A DNA stretch of 64,000 nucleotides, taken from Candidatus Komeilibacteria bacterium. Lineage in GTDB: Bacteria; Patescibacteriota; Patescibacteriia; UBA1558. The stretch is taken from NCBI GenBank assembly GCA_048538235.1, contig JBLYPX010000001.1, positions 72,013-136,012 on the forward strand, written 5' to 3'. Numbering within the stretch: the first letter of the stretch is position 1; each line of letters opens with the position of its first letter. Below, piece after piece: positions 20,077 through 30,407 of this stretch. The notes below the pieces were generated by a model, which searched no databases, was not told where the DNA came from, and saw only the letters and a list, made by a program, of their open reading frames with translations. The position numbers and the translations under genes are program-made.

Positions 20077-21156
20077 ATGAATTATTATAATTACATTTTT
20101 ACAATAGCAATTTTCGTTTTATATACCTTTATATTTTCTATTTTTATAATTCCACCCTTAAAGGATTTAAGGAGAATTAGAACCAAACTAAGAGGGTTAG
20201 TAAAGCCAAAGTCACTATTTAAGAGCGAGGATAGTAATAATAGGGAAAATCAAATTAAAGAAATAACGGATAGTTTGAAAGATTATAAATTAAGATATCA
20301 AGAAATAGAACAATCGACCTGGTTTCTTATTGCTGGGATAATCATAACTGTCTTAACAGCACTAGCTTTGTTTTTGTGGACCATCTCTAATCATCAGAAA
20401 ATTTTAAAGTATATCTTTGTTGATCATATAGATTATTTAATTTTAATGATTTATGTGATAATAATGTCTACTCTAATGGTTTGGGCATTTAAAATGAACA
20501 CCCCATCATCTAAGAAAATAACTAGGTGGGAATATTTAAGCAAAAACTATGGCTTGAGTCCATCGGGATTAGCAGAATGCGCCAATTTTCGTGCAGACTT
20601 TAATCCCAAAACGATATCAACGTTCGAAAGTGGTGACTCAAGAGGATTAAGACAGATTCAAATTTTTTCAGATATTGAATTAAGGGGTTATAAGTACTGG
20701 TTCTTCATATATAGTTTAGATGATCAGCGTCATATCTTCAATTTGACGGGGGCTGTTAACGATAAAACATCTTTGAAAGAACGGTTTTTTGATATAGAAG
20801 ACATACATGGTTGGTCTGTTAATATTGCAAGCTTTGATTTTGACAAATATAAAAATAAAGAATTATATTTATTTCTATTTATTTTCGACCCAATTCTTTA
20901 TGGTGATGTGGGAGCCCCTTATTGGGGCTATAAAAAATTTACCTACGAAGGAGAGGTAATATCTTCCAGCGAATATAATGTTCCCGCAAACAGTACACAT
21001 AAGAACATAAAATATTTTGGTAGTGGTTTAAAGTTTAAAAAATATACATGGCAAGACTCCGAGCAGTCCACTGAAGTTGATGAAATAGTTAAAAAAGTAT
21101 TTAATAATACATATATAGAGGTGACTAGTAGGCTGAAAAACGTTTCTATTAAATAA
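20077..21156 (+). CDS. Hypothetical membrane protein
   Basis: A 359-aa protein with an N-terminal TM helix and two more TM helices at about 75-135, plus a soluble C-terminal domain. No recognisable motifs. Confidence 0.45.
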   Translation: MNYYNYIFTIAIFVLYTFIFSIFIIPPLKDLRRIRTKLRGLVKPKSLFKSEDSNNRENQIKEITDSLKDYKLRYQEIEQSTWFLIAGIIITVLTALALFLWTISNHQKILKYIFVDHIDYLILMIYVIIMSTLMVWAFKMNTPSSKKITRWEYLSKNYGLSPSGLAECANFRADFNPKTISTFESGDSRGLRQIQIFSDIELRGYKYWFFIYSLDDQRHIFNLTGAVNDKTSLKERFFDIEDIHGWSVNIASFDFDKYKNKELYLFLFIFDPILYGDVGAPYWGYKKFTYEGEVISSSEYNVPANSTHKNIKYFGSGLKFKKYTWQDSEQSTEVDEIVKKVFNNTYIEVTSRLKNVSIK

Positions 21157-21220
21157 TTTTACACCTTTTCACACCATTATTAATATTGTTTACTAATAGG
21201 ATGTATTTTATACTATAGGT

Positions 21221-21652
21221 ATGGGATTTTATCAAAATACAAGATGCTCAAAATGTGGTTATAGTCTTTCTGGTGGCTACAACAGGGTTGGTGTTGATAG
21301 TAATTTAGGATTACCATTTTTAAAATGTCCAAATTGTAAAACTGTATGCAAGACGGGTAGGAATATTTATTCTTTAATGACAGATGAGGAGAGAGTAACC
21401 TATAAATTTGGTAGGATTAAACAAACGCTAATCAATGCATTTGGTATCGCGATTGGATTGATGGGTTTAAGCATAATAACTGGCGTCGTTGATGAGGATA
21501 AAATGGAACCATATCCCCACCTTGTAATTATCGGGGTTTTGGGTATTTTATTAAGTGCACTCATATCATATGCTAATGATAAGAGTTGTATTGATAACCT
21601 TGAAAAGGCGTATAGGAATAAGGACAAAAATTATTACGCCGATATAGATTAA
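21221..21652 (+). CDS. Zinc-ribbon membrane protein
   Basis: N-terminal C-x2-C...C-x2-C (CSKCGY...CPNCKTVC) followed by two TM helices. Confidence 0.45.
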   Translation: MGFYQNTRCSKCGYSLSGGYNRVGVDSNLGLPFLKCPNCKTVCKTGRNIYSLMTDEERVTYKFGRIKQTLINAFGIAIGLMGLSIITGVVDEDKMEPYPHLVIIGVLGILLSALISYANDKSCIDNLEKAYRNKDKNYYADID

Positions 21653-21683
21653 AAATATTTATGATCTAATCTGGTTTTAAAAA

Positions 21684-21710
21684 AACAACTTCATTTCGAA
21701 GCTGTTTTTT
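21684..21710 (+). terminator. Terminator-like hairpin
   Basis: AACAACTTC-ATTTC-GAAGCTGTT followed by T7. Confidence 0.4.
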
Positions 21711-21757
21711 TACTCTTTTATTCAGTTAATAGAGTTGCTACTGATTTTATATAAAAA

Positions 21758-21955
21758 TTATCTACCAAATTCCTTAAAGCATAATTCTGACTTAGTCCCG
21801 TACAAGCTATTGTCGTTGCCATATAATGACCACATAGAATCTAAACATGAATCCAGTTTATTCTCTCGTCTAACTTCTACTAAATAATATGATATACCGA
21901 CAATCATTCCCGCCAAAACTATACTAATTGAAATTGTTAAAATTTTCTTATTCAT
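21758..21955 (-). CDS. Small single-TM protein
   Basis: A 65-aa protein with an N-terminal hydrophobic helix. Confidence 0.3.
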   Translation of the reverse strand: MNKKILTISISIVLAGMIVGISYYLVEVRRENKLDSCLDSMWSLYGNDNSLYGTKSELCFKEFGR

Positions 21956-21972
21956 ATTTATATTAACATTAC

Positions 21973-22647
21973 TTAATAAATCCCGTTTGGAAATTCATTC
22001 TTAGAGTCCCATTCACCCCAAGAACCTAAATCTTTAAGTTCGCTACCGTTATTATGATCAATAATATAATAATTATCATAAGAGCCACCATCTGGATCGT
22101 CGTAATATTTATGTTTCAACGTTATGAGATTTCCTTTATATTCGCCATTTTTAACAATGTCTAGATAATTCCCGTCAGATATAAAATTAATTTTCCCCGA
22201 ATCAATGTTAACGGAAAATATAGCATTTGATGTGGTCCAAGATTGTGTTAGAAAGTATACATTTTTATCATCTAAAGAAAAAATGGGATTCATTATATTG
22301 ATAATCTCATGACCTTCATCATCTGCTTGTCCAGATTTAACTAATATAGTTTCCTGACCTGTTTCAATATTTCTCAACACAAGATCATTAAGTTTACCAC
22401 CCCAACCATCACCCGTTTGATAATTTGAGTCTACGGATCCATAATCACGTAATGCCAGTTCCAATACACCATCTTTAGAAGTCGTTTTATAGTCATCAAC
22501 TATTTTCTTCTCACTACTATCCAAAATGTTTTCGTCCACCACCTCAGTATCAATATCATTTTGATTTTTATCTACAAGAAAAAACATTGTCGCTATAATA
22601 ATAACGCCCACAACAAGTAAAGCTTTTTTGTATTCTTTATAACTCAT
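21973..22647 (-). CDS. Hypothetical membrane-anchored protein
   Basis: A 224-aa protein with an N-terminal TM anchor and a D/G/Y-rich extracytoplasmic domain. Confidence 0.45.
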   Translation of the reverse strand: MSYKEYKKALLVVGVIIIATMFFLVDKNQNDIDTEVVDENILDSSEKKIVDDYKTTSKDGVLELALRDYGSVDSNYQTGDGWGGKLNDLVLRNIETGQETILVKSGQADDEGHEIINIMNPIFSLDDKNVYFLTQSWTTSNAIFSVNIDSGKINFISDGNYLDIVKNGEYKGNLITLKHKYYDDPDGGSYDNYYIIDHNNGSELKDLGSWGEWDSKNEFPNGIY

Positions 22648-23041
22648 TTATTATATCCGTGAGTTGATTAGGGTTCTTAACTAAGTCTATATTAATCAAT
22701 TTGTTTTCACAATTACGTTCTTTCAACGCAGCGTGTTCCAATCTATATACATCATCATCTAACCACCTAAAATCTTTTGAAAAATCTATGCCCTCTGTCT
22801 TCCAAGTGCCCCAAGTAGTTGGTTTTATTAGTCTTGCGTATTCCATTGCTTCGACTGAAATCCTATCTCTCAAATATTCTAATAAATGCTCTGTATCACC
22901 CTTGCAATGAGTAGTTAGCCAATAAACATCATGGTTGTTTGTAATATACTTTAGAAATTCAACCAGCCCATCAGCTGGTTGTTGATACTTATCTAAGGCA
23001 TCATGAATCAAAACGCCGTCTATGTCTAAGTAAATGTTCAT
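22637..23041 (-). CDS. HAD-superfamily-like small hydrolase
   Basis: HAD motif I DIDGVL at residues 6-11. At 134 aa it resembles the small HAD-like proteins common in phage and defence islands. Confidence 0.45.
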   Translation of the reverse strand: MNIYLDIDGVLIHDALDKYQQPADGLVEFLKYITNNHDVYWLTTHCKGDTEHLLEYLRDRISVEAMEYARLIKPTTWGTWKTEGIDFSKDFRWLDDDVYRLEHAALKERNCENKLINIDLVKNPNQLTDIINEL

Positions 23042-23050
23042 TTTATAATT

Positions 23051-23338
23051 TTATTTTTTGCCTTGTCTTTTTTTTGCTCTTTCTGTGTGATTAATATCTT
23101 CGACTAGGGCAATCTTTGCTCTTTTCATTAGTTCTTTAATTGCTCTTGGAATATCATCCATATAATTAAATACCTCCGAATCTGATGAAATCTTCTTTGT
23201 TTTATTAGCCTCAATAATAGCAACCCCACTAGACCAGCAAGGGGTTTGTTTGTGATCTTTGCCAACACGTCCAGGTAGCTCATTTGTCCAGAACCTGAGT
23301 TTAATGGCGAGTGTTTTGTTATCCTCTTTTTTTGTCAT
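23051..23338 (-). CDS. Hypothetical basic protein
   Basis: A 95-aa protein that immediately precedes the methyltransferase gene on the same strand. Confidence 0.35.
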   Translation of the reverse strand: MTKKEDNKTLAIKLRFWTNELPGRVGKDHKQTPCWSSGVAIIEANKTKKISSDSEVFNYMDDIPRAIKELMKRAKIALVEDINHTERAKKRQGKK

Positions 23339-23356
23339 AAATAAAATTGTTAATAA

Positions 23357-26300
23357 TTATAGTGAACTTGCTTTGTTTATTCTATTCCAAACTAAACGAC
23401 AAACAACACGATACACCTCCTTACGCTCCTCACTAGACAGATTTAACGAGTCAAATATAATACTATCCAACTTAGCCCTGTCAGATAATGGTTTTGGGTT
23501 TTGTTTTTCTATTGAGATGTCTAATTTCGGATCAATACCACATTCGTCAAAAATAGATTTTATGTCTCTATTTTTAAATAAAGTTAGAGTGTCATTCAGT
23601 TCCTTTTGTCTATCTTTTAGATCGGGAAGTAATAAATTTTTTACCTCATAAACTTTCACATCAACAGGCCCGCCTCCACCACCGTATCCGCGTGCCATTA
23701 ATTCTAATTGGAGTAACGTAATTGTAGAATTACACAACGCGCCTACATAATTATCGCAATACATATCATACATTCTAGCATCAGCTAAAAATCCTGTATT
23801 AGCAACAACAAAGAATCTTTCCCTATACGTCATTGTCCATAGGAAGTTACTAGGAATGTGTTCGCCCAGATCCCACCACCTTTTTCTCCCCTTTATGGTT
23901 GGTATGTTCTGAAATCCAATAATAACCTTGCCCTTGTTGGCACCCTGTTTTATTGTAATTTTTTCTTTTTCGCCCCACTCGATATATTTCAACGCATTAC
24001 TCCCACACAGCTCATCTTTATTTTTATTGCAAACAAAAAGCCTATATTTCAGATCATTTGGCCTAATTAATATACTCTTGCATTCACGTGGGCTTTTTAC
24101 AACAGGTATTAAGAACTCATCTTCTATATTTAATTTTTTAGCTTCCTCTTCTGTTAAGTAAAAAAAATCATTTGCTCCAGTTTTAATTCCAAATTTTATA
24201 TCGGCCATACCACCAAGTTTTACAAGCTTATTCTCTCCCTTATTTAAAATAGTGAAAAAGATATCAGGTGCTCGTAAATATTTACCACCCCATTTATCAC
24301 CAATGTATTTACCACCCAATTTTTTTTGTTCATCATTTTCATATTCAATTCCTGGCTCTCTTAAATTCTCTGCCGTAATAGGATATATTCTATAAGAATC
24401 ATTTGAAACAATTTTTTTTGTTTTTTCGATATGTAAAAGATTTTCGGTAAAAATAGTTTCTTCGAAAGGTTTTTTAAATACCACAAATTTAGTTAAACGA
24501 TCTTCTTCAACTTTCTTCTGTGGCGCATTGATGACAGAAATAACAGTATTAACATCTGCTTCTTTAAAGCTTCGCCTGTTGTTATTATCTATAATAAACT
24601 CTATAGGGCAACGTTTTAATAAAAAATCCTGTAACCATGAACCATAAGCTACGTCGAGCCAGGAACTAGAACATATATAAGTATGTATGCCATTGGGATT
24701 TAACAACCTTAAACCACGTATATAAAAATAAGTATAAAGGTCTGATTGGGCGTTAATTTTTGTCTTATTAGAAAAATCGTTTGGGAAATCCAACCTAACC
24801 ATCTCTTGAAGAAAATTTTTATAATCCTTTTGATTTTTAACATTTCCTGTTGGATCACTTATTGATTCTTGTCTAACATATGGTGGATTACCGATTACAA
24901 TATCAAAACCCTCTTTTTCAACAAATATTTCAGCAAATTCAATATTCCAAACTAATGGTTTATTGTCTTTCAATGAAGATTTTTGACTTTCCAACTCTTT
25001 AATATCATCTTCTAAACATTTGATTTTTTCTTTGTCTATAGAGTTTTTTTTGATAATTTTATCATCTTTTTCTTCACGGCTAAATGAAAAAGGTTGCTGG
25101 CTAGATTCTTTAATATTTTTCTCATTTTTTATTTCTTCTGATAAAATTTTTATTTCATCATCTAAAATATCGCGATAAATTTGTAATTCACTTTGTTCTA
25201 TTTTCCATTTCTTTAAAGCTTCTTTTTTATTATAAAAATAGTCTATTTTTAAATTTTTTAACTCTGTAACCTGCCTTTTAATTTTTTGAGATACAAAAGC
25301 ATGCCCTGTTACAGGAAATGTTTTATTGCCAACTCTTTGTACTAAAGAATCGCCAGGACGTATCTTGAAATCTAAACTTGGTAAAATAGGTTCTATTGAG
25401 TTTTTCATCTCATCAGGCGCATCAATAAAAAGAGTGATCCACAATCTTAGTTGAGTAATCCAAACAGCCCACTCTTTTACTTCAACACCATAAAGCGACT
25501 TTCCTATAATTCTTTTTTTTCGTTCAAATGTGTTAAATTTATCTTCTCCTAGTTTATTATATATATGCTCTTCAATTTCATTGATGACTTGCAACATTCC
25601 CACAGGAAAAGCTCCTGATCCTACCGCAGGATCACAAATTGTTATTTTTTCTAAACAATCTAATATATTTTCATATTGTTCTTTAGAGAATGAGCCATAT
25701 TTTTGTTGGTCTGCATATTCTTCGCTTGTACCGCCCTCAATAAAAAATAACTCATACAAATCACGAATGTCTATATTGCTGGTATTGTTTTTGTGGAGCC
25801 ATTTTACGAGTGATATGCGACACATCAAATCAACTTCAGTTTTTGGAGTATATATAGCACCATCTTCTTTATTAACCAAACGCTCAAATATAATACCTAA
25901 AAATTCAGGATTTAATTCTAATTCTTCATCATAGCGGGTATTTTCTTCTATAGTAAAATTATAAGAAAATAAAAAATCAAAGAAGTCAATTATATTTTTG
26001 TCTGGAATGAATAAATCTTCTTTATCTATATCCTTCTCACGAAACAACCCACCATTTAAATAAGGAGCTGCTTCTAATGCAGCTTTCGTGTCGGCGGGGA
26101 CAAAACTATCTTCTCCGTCAATTTTTTTTCCAGGTGCAGAGTTGAGCGTTTGAAAAAAGAGTGGTTTTAACCAATGAGAATAAAATGTATCATTTTCATT
26201 TGATACATCTAAATATTCTTTCAAATAATTCTGTAAGAATTTTATATTGCCAGCAAGCCAGCCACGTTTTTGAATAAAACCGAGAAAAATTATGCGAATA

Positions 26301-26920
26301 ATAAATAGAAGAGTAAAATCATCCTTCTTCTCTGTCGAGGCTTTATGTGATCCCTCAATTGATTTAGATATTTCCTTAAATCTTGGATAAAAGTCTTGAT
26401 AGAAATCTCTAGTTACTTTAGATAGAGAAAATGCTTCTTTTATATCTTCAATATTATTGAAACTATTATTTCCTATTTGTTGCAAGAACGTTTTATTATT
26501 AAAATCCTCACTAACGAAATATGTGTATCTTTTAAAATTATTCCAAACCCTTTTAGCGCCAGAATATTGAGGATAGATTAAAGAAAATCGGAAGTTGCCA
26601 GCGCTGTCATAGAAAATAAAAATCCCTGCTTCATATTTATCTTCTTGTTTTAATAGTGATTTTGCAAAATCATATTGCGCTTTTTTGTTTAATCTCTCAG
26701 TGACATCTTTATTACTTTGTACCCCTATTACGCAAACATCTTTTAACCTGCCACCAAAATCTATATAACCAATCCTCTTAGTTGATTTAAAAAAATCTTT
26801 ATCATACTTTTCTAAATTTTCATCTAAGTCTTTGTATCTCGTTGATTTTTCACGAAAGAAAACATCAAATTTTTCTAGTGAAAAATCTGTAATAATATTT
26901 TTTAAAATTTCTTTTGACAT
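23357..26920 (-). CDS. Large gamma-class N6-adenine DNA methyltransferase (PglX / Eco57I / Type IIG-like), 1187 aa
   Basis: AdoMet motif I DPAVGSGAFPVG upstream of motif IV IVIGNPPYVRQE (NPPY), a long N-terminal region and a C-terminal Eco57I-like target-recognition region. The start lies 4 nt downstream of the stop of the PLD-SNF2 gene, consistent with an operon. Confidence 0.8.
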   Translation of the reverse strand: MSKEILKNIITDFSLEKFDVFFREKSTRYKDLDENLEKYDKDFFKSTKRIGYIDFGGRLKDVCVIGVQSNKDVTERLNKKAQYDFAKSLLKQEDKYEAGIFIFYDSAGNFRFSLIYPQYSGAKRVWNNFKRYTYFVSEDFNNKTFLQQIGNNSFNNIEDIKEAFSLSKVTRDFYQDFYPRFKEISKSIEGSHKASTEKKDDFTLLFIIRIIFLGFIQKRGWLAGNIKFLQNYLKEYLDVSNENDTFYSHWLKPLFFQTLNSAPGKKIDGEDSFVPADTKAALEAAPYLNGGLFREKDIDKEDLFIPDKNIIDFFDFLFSYNFTIEENTRYDEELELNPEFLGIIFERLVNKEDGAIYTPKTEVDLMCRISLVKWLHKNNTSNIDIRDLYELFFIEGGTSEEYADQQKYGSFSKEQYENILDCLEKITICDPAVGSGAFPVGMLQVINEIEEHIYNKLGEDKFNTFERKKRIIGKSLYGVEVKEWAVWITQLRLWITLFIDAPDEMKNSIEPILPSLDFKIRPGDSLVQRVGNKTFPVTGHAFVSQKIKRQVTELKNLKIDYFYNKKEALKKWKIEQSELQIYRDILDDEIKILSEEIKNEKNIKESSQQPFSFSREEKDDKIIKKNSIDKEKIKCLEDDIKELESQKSSLKDNKPLVWNIEFAEIFVEKEGFDIVIGNPPYVRQESISDPTGNVKNQKDYKNFLQEMVRLDFPNDFSNKTKINAQSDLYTYFYIRGLRLLNPNGIHTYICSSSWLDVAYGSWLQDFLLKRCPIEFIIDNNNRRSFKEADVNTVISVINAPQKKVEEDRLTKFVVFKKPFEETIFTENLLHIEKTKKIVSNDSYRIYPITAENLREPGIEYENDEQKKLGGKYIGDKWGGKYLRAPDIFFTILNKGENKLVKLGGMADIKFGIKTGANDFFYLTEEEAKKLNIEDEFLIPVVKSPRECKSILIRPNDLKYRLFVCNKNKDELCGSNALKYIEWGEKEKITIKQGANKGKVIIGFQNIPTIKGRKRWWDLGEHIPSNFLWTMTYRERFFVVANTGFLADARMYDMYCDNYVGALCNSTITLLQLELMARGYGGGGGPVDVKVYEVKNLLLPDLKDRQKELNDTLTLFKNRDIKSIFDECGIDPKLDISIEKQNPKPLSDRAKLDSIIFDSLNLSSEERKEVYRVVCRLVWNRINKASSL

Positions 26921-26924
26921 AATT

Positions 26925-29900
26925 TTATTTTATATTTTCTATAGCTACAATAACTTCTTTCTGTGGGGCACCTTTTTGTTTAATATCTTCTAAATAATTA
27001 TCCTTGCCAAGCTCCATCTTCATTTGATCTAATGATTTCTTAGTGCGCTCAATATCTGCTTCTTCTTTCGCATCTAATTTTAAATCAATAATCTTACGAA
27101 GTGTGGATTTGGGAAGTGTTTGATAATCTGTGACATCTTGTAAAAGATTGGATAAGAGCCTAGAATAACGACTAAAAATTTTATTTGGATTACTGTCAAA
27201 ACCCTGAAGAACCGTTAATGCTTTACGTTCAATGCTGTTTTCCCCAGATGGAATTCTTGATTTATCATCATAATCTCTTATTTCTACATATTGATCCCAG
27301 AAATTATCCGACAGTTTTAAACTTTTTTCTGAAAAATCACATTTAATCATTTCGAGAACATTTTCAAAATTTATATATTCTATAACTTCCTTCTTGTCAT
27401 TATTATAACTGCGCGAATATAGATTGCCCGCTTTTTTAATAAAAACCAACAAATTATTATCTTTATACTTTTTAGCCGTTTTCACTCTTGATGGAGCCTC
27501 TTCAATTTTAATAGATACTTCTGGATATTCTTTCTTGATTTCATTGAGCATTTTTCTGGTCTTAGTATGAAAACTTTCTTTTTCCATATCGTCGGGATTA
27601 GCTTTCAATTTTTTAAATAGACCAGCTGGTGATGGCTGTTCATCAACATCAAATATTTTAGAATCTTCTCCTAAGGCATTGTGAATCAAAAACATTTTTT
27701 GTTGTGCAATTTCTCTACTGCGCACCTGCGTTGCACCTTTTTCAGTAGGAAAAAAATTAAAAATAAACAATTCATTAAAAACTTTTTTCCCGATCCTATT
27801 AATACGTCCGACTCTTTGTATGACTCTGGTTGGATTCCAGGGTATGTCATAATTCAGAACCGTACCAGCGCGGTTCAAATTAAAACCTTCAGATATTTTA
27901 TCGGTAGCTAACAATACATCATATTTATTATTCTTCTTCTTATAGCTAGCATCAAAATCTTTTAGTATTTCTTCCTTTTTTGAGGTTGATAAACCATTGG
28001 CGATAGACAATAGTCTGCCAGGAAATCTGGCTTCTAATTTATCCTCTAGGTATTTAGCAGTATCTACGTACTCGGTAAAAATAACAACTTTTCGCGTGGG
28101 TTGGTTGATAGCAGTTTTTTTTACTTGTTTTTTAATAGTTTTAACCAAAGCTTCAAATTTAGGATCGTGGCTGGATAGGTTAAGTTCGGTTAATTCTTTT
28201 TTTATTTTTGCAAAAAGCTTTTTATCACTTTCTATGTCTTTTAAAAACTTATCTTTATGTTTAAAATCGTTTATATTGTATATTTTATAATTTTTTGGAT
28301 AATTACCCTCACCCAAACGTTCTTCATATTTAGATAATTCATTATCAATGTCATCCAAATCCAGATTATAAATATCTTCCATTAATTTTCTATCTAAAAT
28401 AAATTGTCCTTTAGAATTTTTAACAAATTCTGAAACTTTTTCATGAACTCTTAAAAAATTATTTATGCTTTGTTCAAAAGCACCAAAAGAGCTTTCAAAC
28501 CTTTTTACTAATAGACGACGCATGAAATCGAACAAATTCTTCTGAGAAAAATATTCAAAGTTGTCTTTTTCTCCCTTGATGCTTTCTGATTCGCTTATAC
28601 CTGATTCATATGAAAATGGTTGATAAATAGCTCCCTTAAATTCGCGTCCGTCATCGCCAAAATAATTTGTAACAATTTTTTCATAAAAATCTAATTGATT
28701 TTTGTTTAGCTCAAAAAATATTTCTTCTGGATCTCTTGTGTCTGATAAATTGTAAACTTCTTTACTATACACAGGATCATTTTTCAAATCTAAACGATTT
28801 CTGCGAATCATTATTGGTTCAATAATACTACGTATTTCACCGGCTAATCTATTGCTTCTTTCCTGAACTTTGCCTAAATCAATTTTTTTACTATCAAAAA
28901 TATTTTGATAGTCTCTAGTCGCTTTATCTTTTTTTCTTTTAGTGGGAGAATTGTAGTTCTTGCTAATGTTTGACAGTTTTTTATACAATTCATTATAAGA
29001 TCTGAATTTATCTTTTAAATTATTATCTAATGTAATTGTTGATTTGCCAGGGACTATAAACAATTGCAAAAGCGAGAAAATATCAGCTGGAGAATTATTG
29101 AAAGGAGTCGCTGTTAATAAAATAACCTTTTTATTTCTACATATATTCTTTAACAATTCGTAGGCTCTAGTGTCTTCATTGCGAAACCTATGTACCTCGT
29201 CAATTATCACAACCTCTATATCTGGGTTATTATGAACAAAATTTAGAGCCTTTTCTAAAGTTTCAACGCCACAAGACATGACACGCCAATCATTAATATC
29301 AAAATTTGATTGATATTCTTTCCATCCAGAATCATCATCTCCGACTAGCCCTGGAGGACTAATTATAATTCCTCTACGGTTTAAAATTCTACCCAGAGCT
29401 CCAGCAATAACACTTTTACCAAGACCAACAACATCAGAAACCATTACACCTCCATGATCATCAATAATACCTAAAGCCTGAATAATAGCGTCTATTTGAT
29501 AGTCGTATGGTTTGTATCCGGCGCTTGTTAAAATATTACTCACTTTTTGTCGAGTGGTTTTAGATGAATAACGATCCAAATAATTTCTAAGAACTAGGGC
29601 AAAAGCTTCAAAAGGGGTGAACTCGGCTGCCATTGTTTTGTTTTCAACCAAGTCTAATAATCTTGTTTTAAATTCTTCAACTTCAGTAATCCTATCAGCA
29701 GTTTCCCACAAATCTTTAAAATATTTTTTTGCCTCATCAACTCCAGAATCCGAAATTTCAACATTAAACTCATGCTGGCCAGCTAATCCAGCACTTGTTA
29801 AATTACTACTACCTGTGATAAAAATATCTCTACTACCAATACCAGCTTGTTCGTTCAATCTAAATAAATACAATTTAGCATGATTGGGCTCTCTAGTTTT

Positions 29901-30278
29901 TCTAATTCTTATTTTATTTTCCTTGATTAATTTTAAGAAGAAATTTACTTGTTCGTAGAAATTTGCATTGTCTAAATCTTGATCCGTTAAACTTTTGTGT
30001 ATAGAGTTTAAAAATCGATCAAAAGATTCCTCTCTTGATAATCCCTTGTCTTTATCACCATATTCTACTAATCCATATACCTGCCTATCAACATTTAACC
30101 CCACAAGTATATCTATCTGACTTTTCGGATTTTTTTTAATAGACTCGTATAATTCTTTAATGCCTGAAAAATAAAAAAATCCTACCAAAAAACGCATCTC
30201 TTCACTGTGCTCAATTAGACGGCTAATTCTTTTTTTAAGGTTTTGTTCCTTATCATTAGTAATGAATTTTGATGACAT
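26925..30278 (-). CDS. PLD-family nuclease domain fused to an SNF2-family (SF2) helicase, 1117 aa
   Basis: The N-terminal HKD-type motif NHAKLYLF...GSSNLT indicates a phospholipase-D-like nuclease. SF2 motifs follow: I VVGLGKSVIAG, II VIIDEVHRF (DExH), III LLTATP, and VI QRVGRINRIG in the helicase-C domain. Confidence 0.8.
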   Translation of the reverse strand: MSSKFITNDKEQNLKKRISRLIEHSEEMRFLVGFFYFSGIKELYESIKKNPKSQIDILVGLNVDRQVYGLVEYGDKDKGLSREESFDRFLNSIHKSLTDQDLDNANFYEQVNFFLKLIKENKIRIRKTREPNHAKLYLFRLNEQAGIGSRDIFITGSSNLTSAGLAGQHEFNVEISDSGVDEAKKYFKDLWETADRITEVEEFKTRLLDLVENKTMAAEFTPFEAFALVLRNYLDRYSSKTTRQKVSNILTSAGYKPYDYQIDAIIQALGIIDDHGGVMVSDVVGLGKSVIAGALGRILNRRGIIISPPGLVGDDDSGWKEYQSNFDINDWRVMSCGVETLEKALNFVHNNPDIEVVIIDEVHRFRNEDTRAYELLKNICRNKKVILLTATPFNNSPADIFSLLQLFIVPGKSTITLDNNLKDKFRSYNELYKKLSNISKNYNSPTKRKKDKATRDYQNIFDSKKIDLGKVQERSNRLAGEIRSIIEPIMIRRNRLDLKNDPVYSKEVYNLSDTRDPEEIFFELNKNQLDFYEKIVTNYFGDDGREFKGAIYQPFSYESGISESESIKGEKDNFEYFSQKNLFDFMRRLLVKRFESSFGAFEQSINNFLRVHEKVSEFVKNSKGQFILDRKLMEDIYNLDLDDIDNELSKYEERLGEGNYPKNYKIYNINDFKHKDKFLKDIESDKKLFAKIKKELTELNLSSHDPKFEALVKTIKKQVKKTAINQPTRKVVIFTEYVDTAKYLEDKLEARFPGRLLSIANGLSTSKKEEILKDFDASYKKKNNKYDVLLATDKISEGFNLNRAGTVLNYDIPWNPTRVIQRVGRINRIGKKVFNELFIFNFFPTEKGATQVRSREIAQQKMFLIHNALGEDSKIFDVDEQPSPAGLFKKLKANPDDMEKESFHTKTRKMLNEIKKEYPEVSIKIEEAPSRVKTAKKYKDNNLLVFIKKAGNLYSRSYNNDKKEVIEYINFENVLEMIKCDFSEKSLKLSDNFWDQYVEIRDYDDKSRIPSGENSIERKALTVLQGFDSNPNKIFSRYSRLLSNLLQDVTDYQTLPKSTLRKIIDLKLDAKEEADIERTKKSLDQMKMELGKDNYLEDIKQKGAPQKEVIVAIENIK

Positions 30279-30407
30279 AGTGTTAAAATTAACTTAAAAT
30301 CCCTTTAATTATCCCTTTTTTTAGCCAAAAAGTCAAAGGAATCGGTCAAATAAGATAATACTTATTCACAACACAAAACACAATCATTAAAAACCCCTTT
30401 AGTTGCA

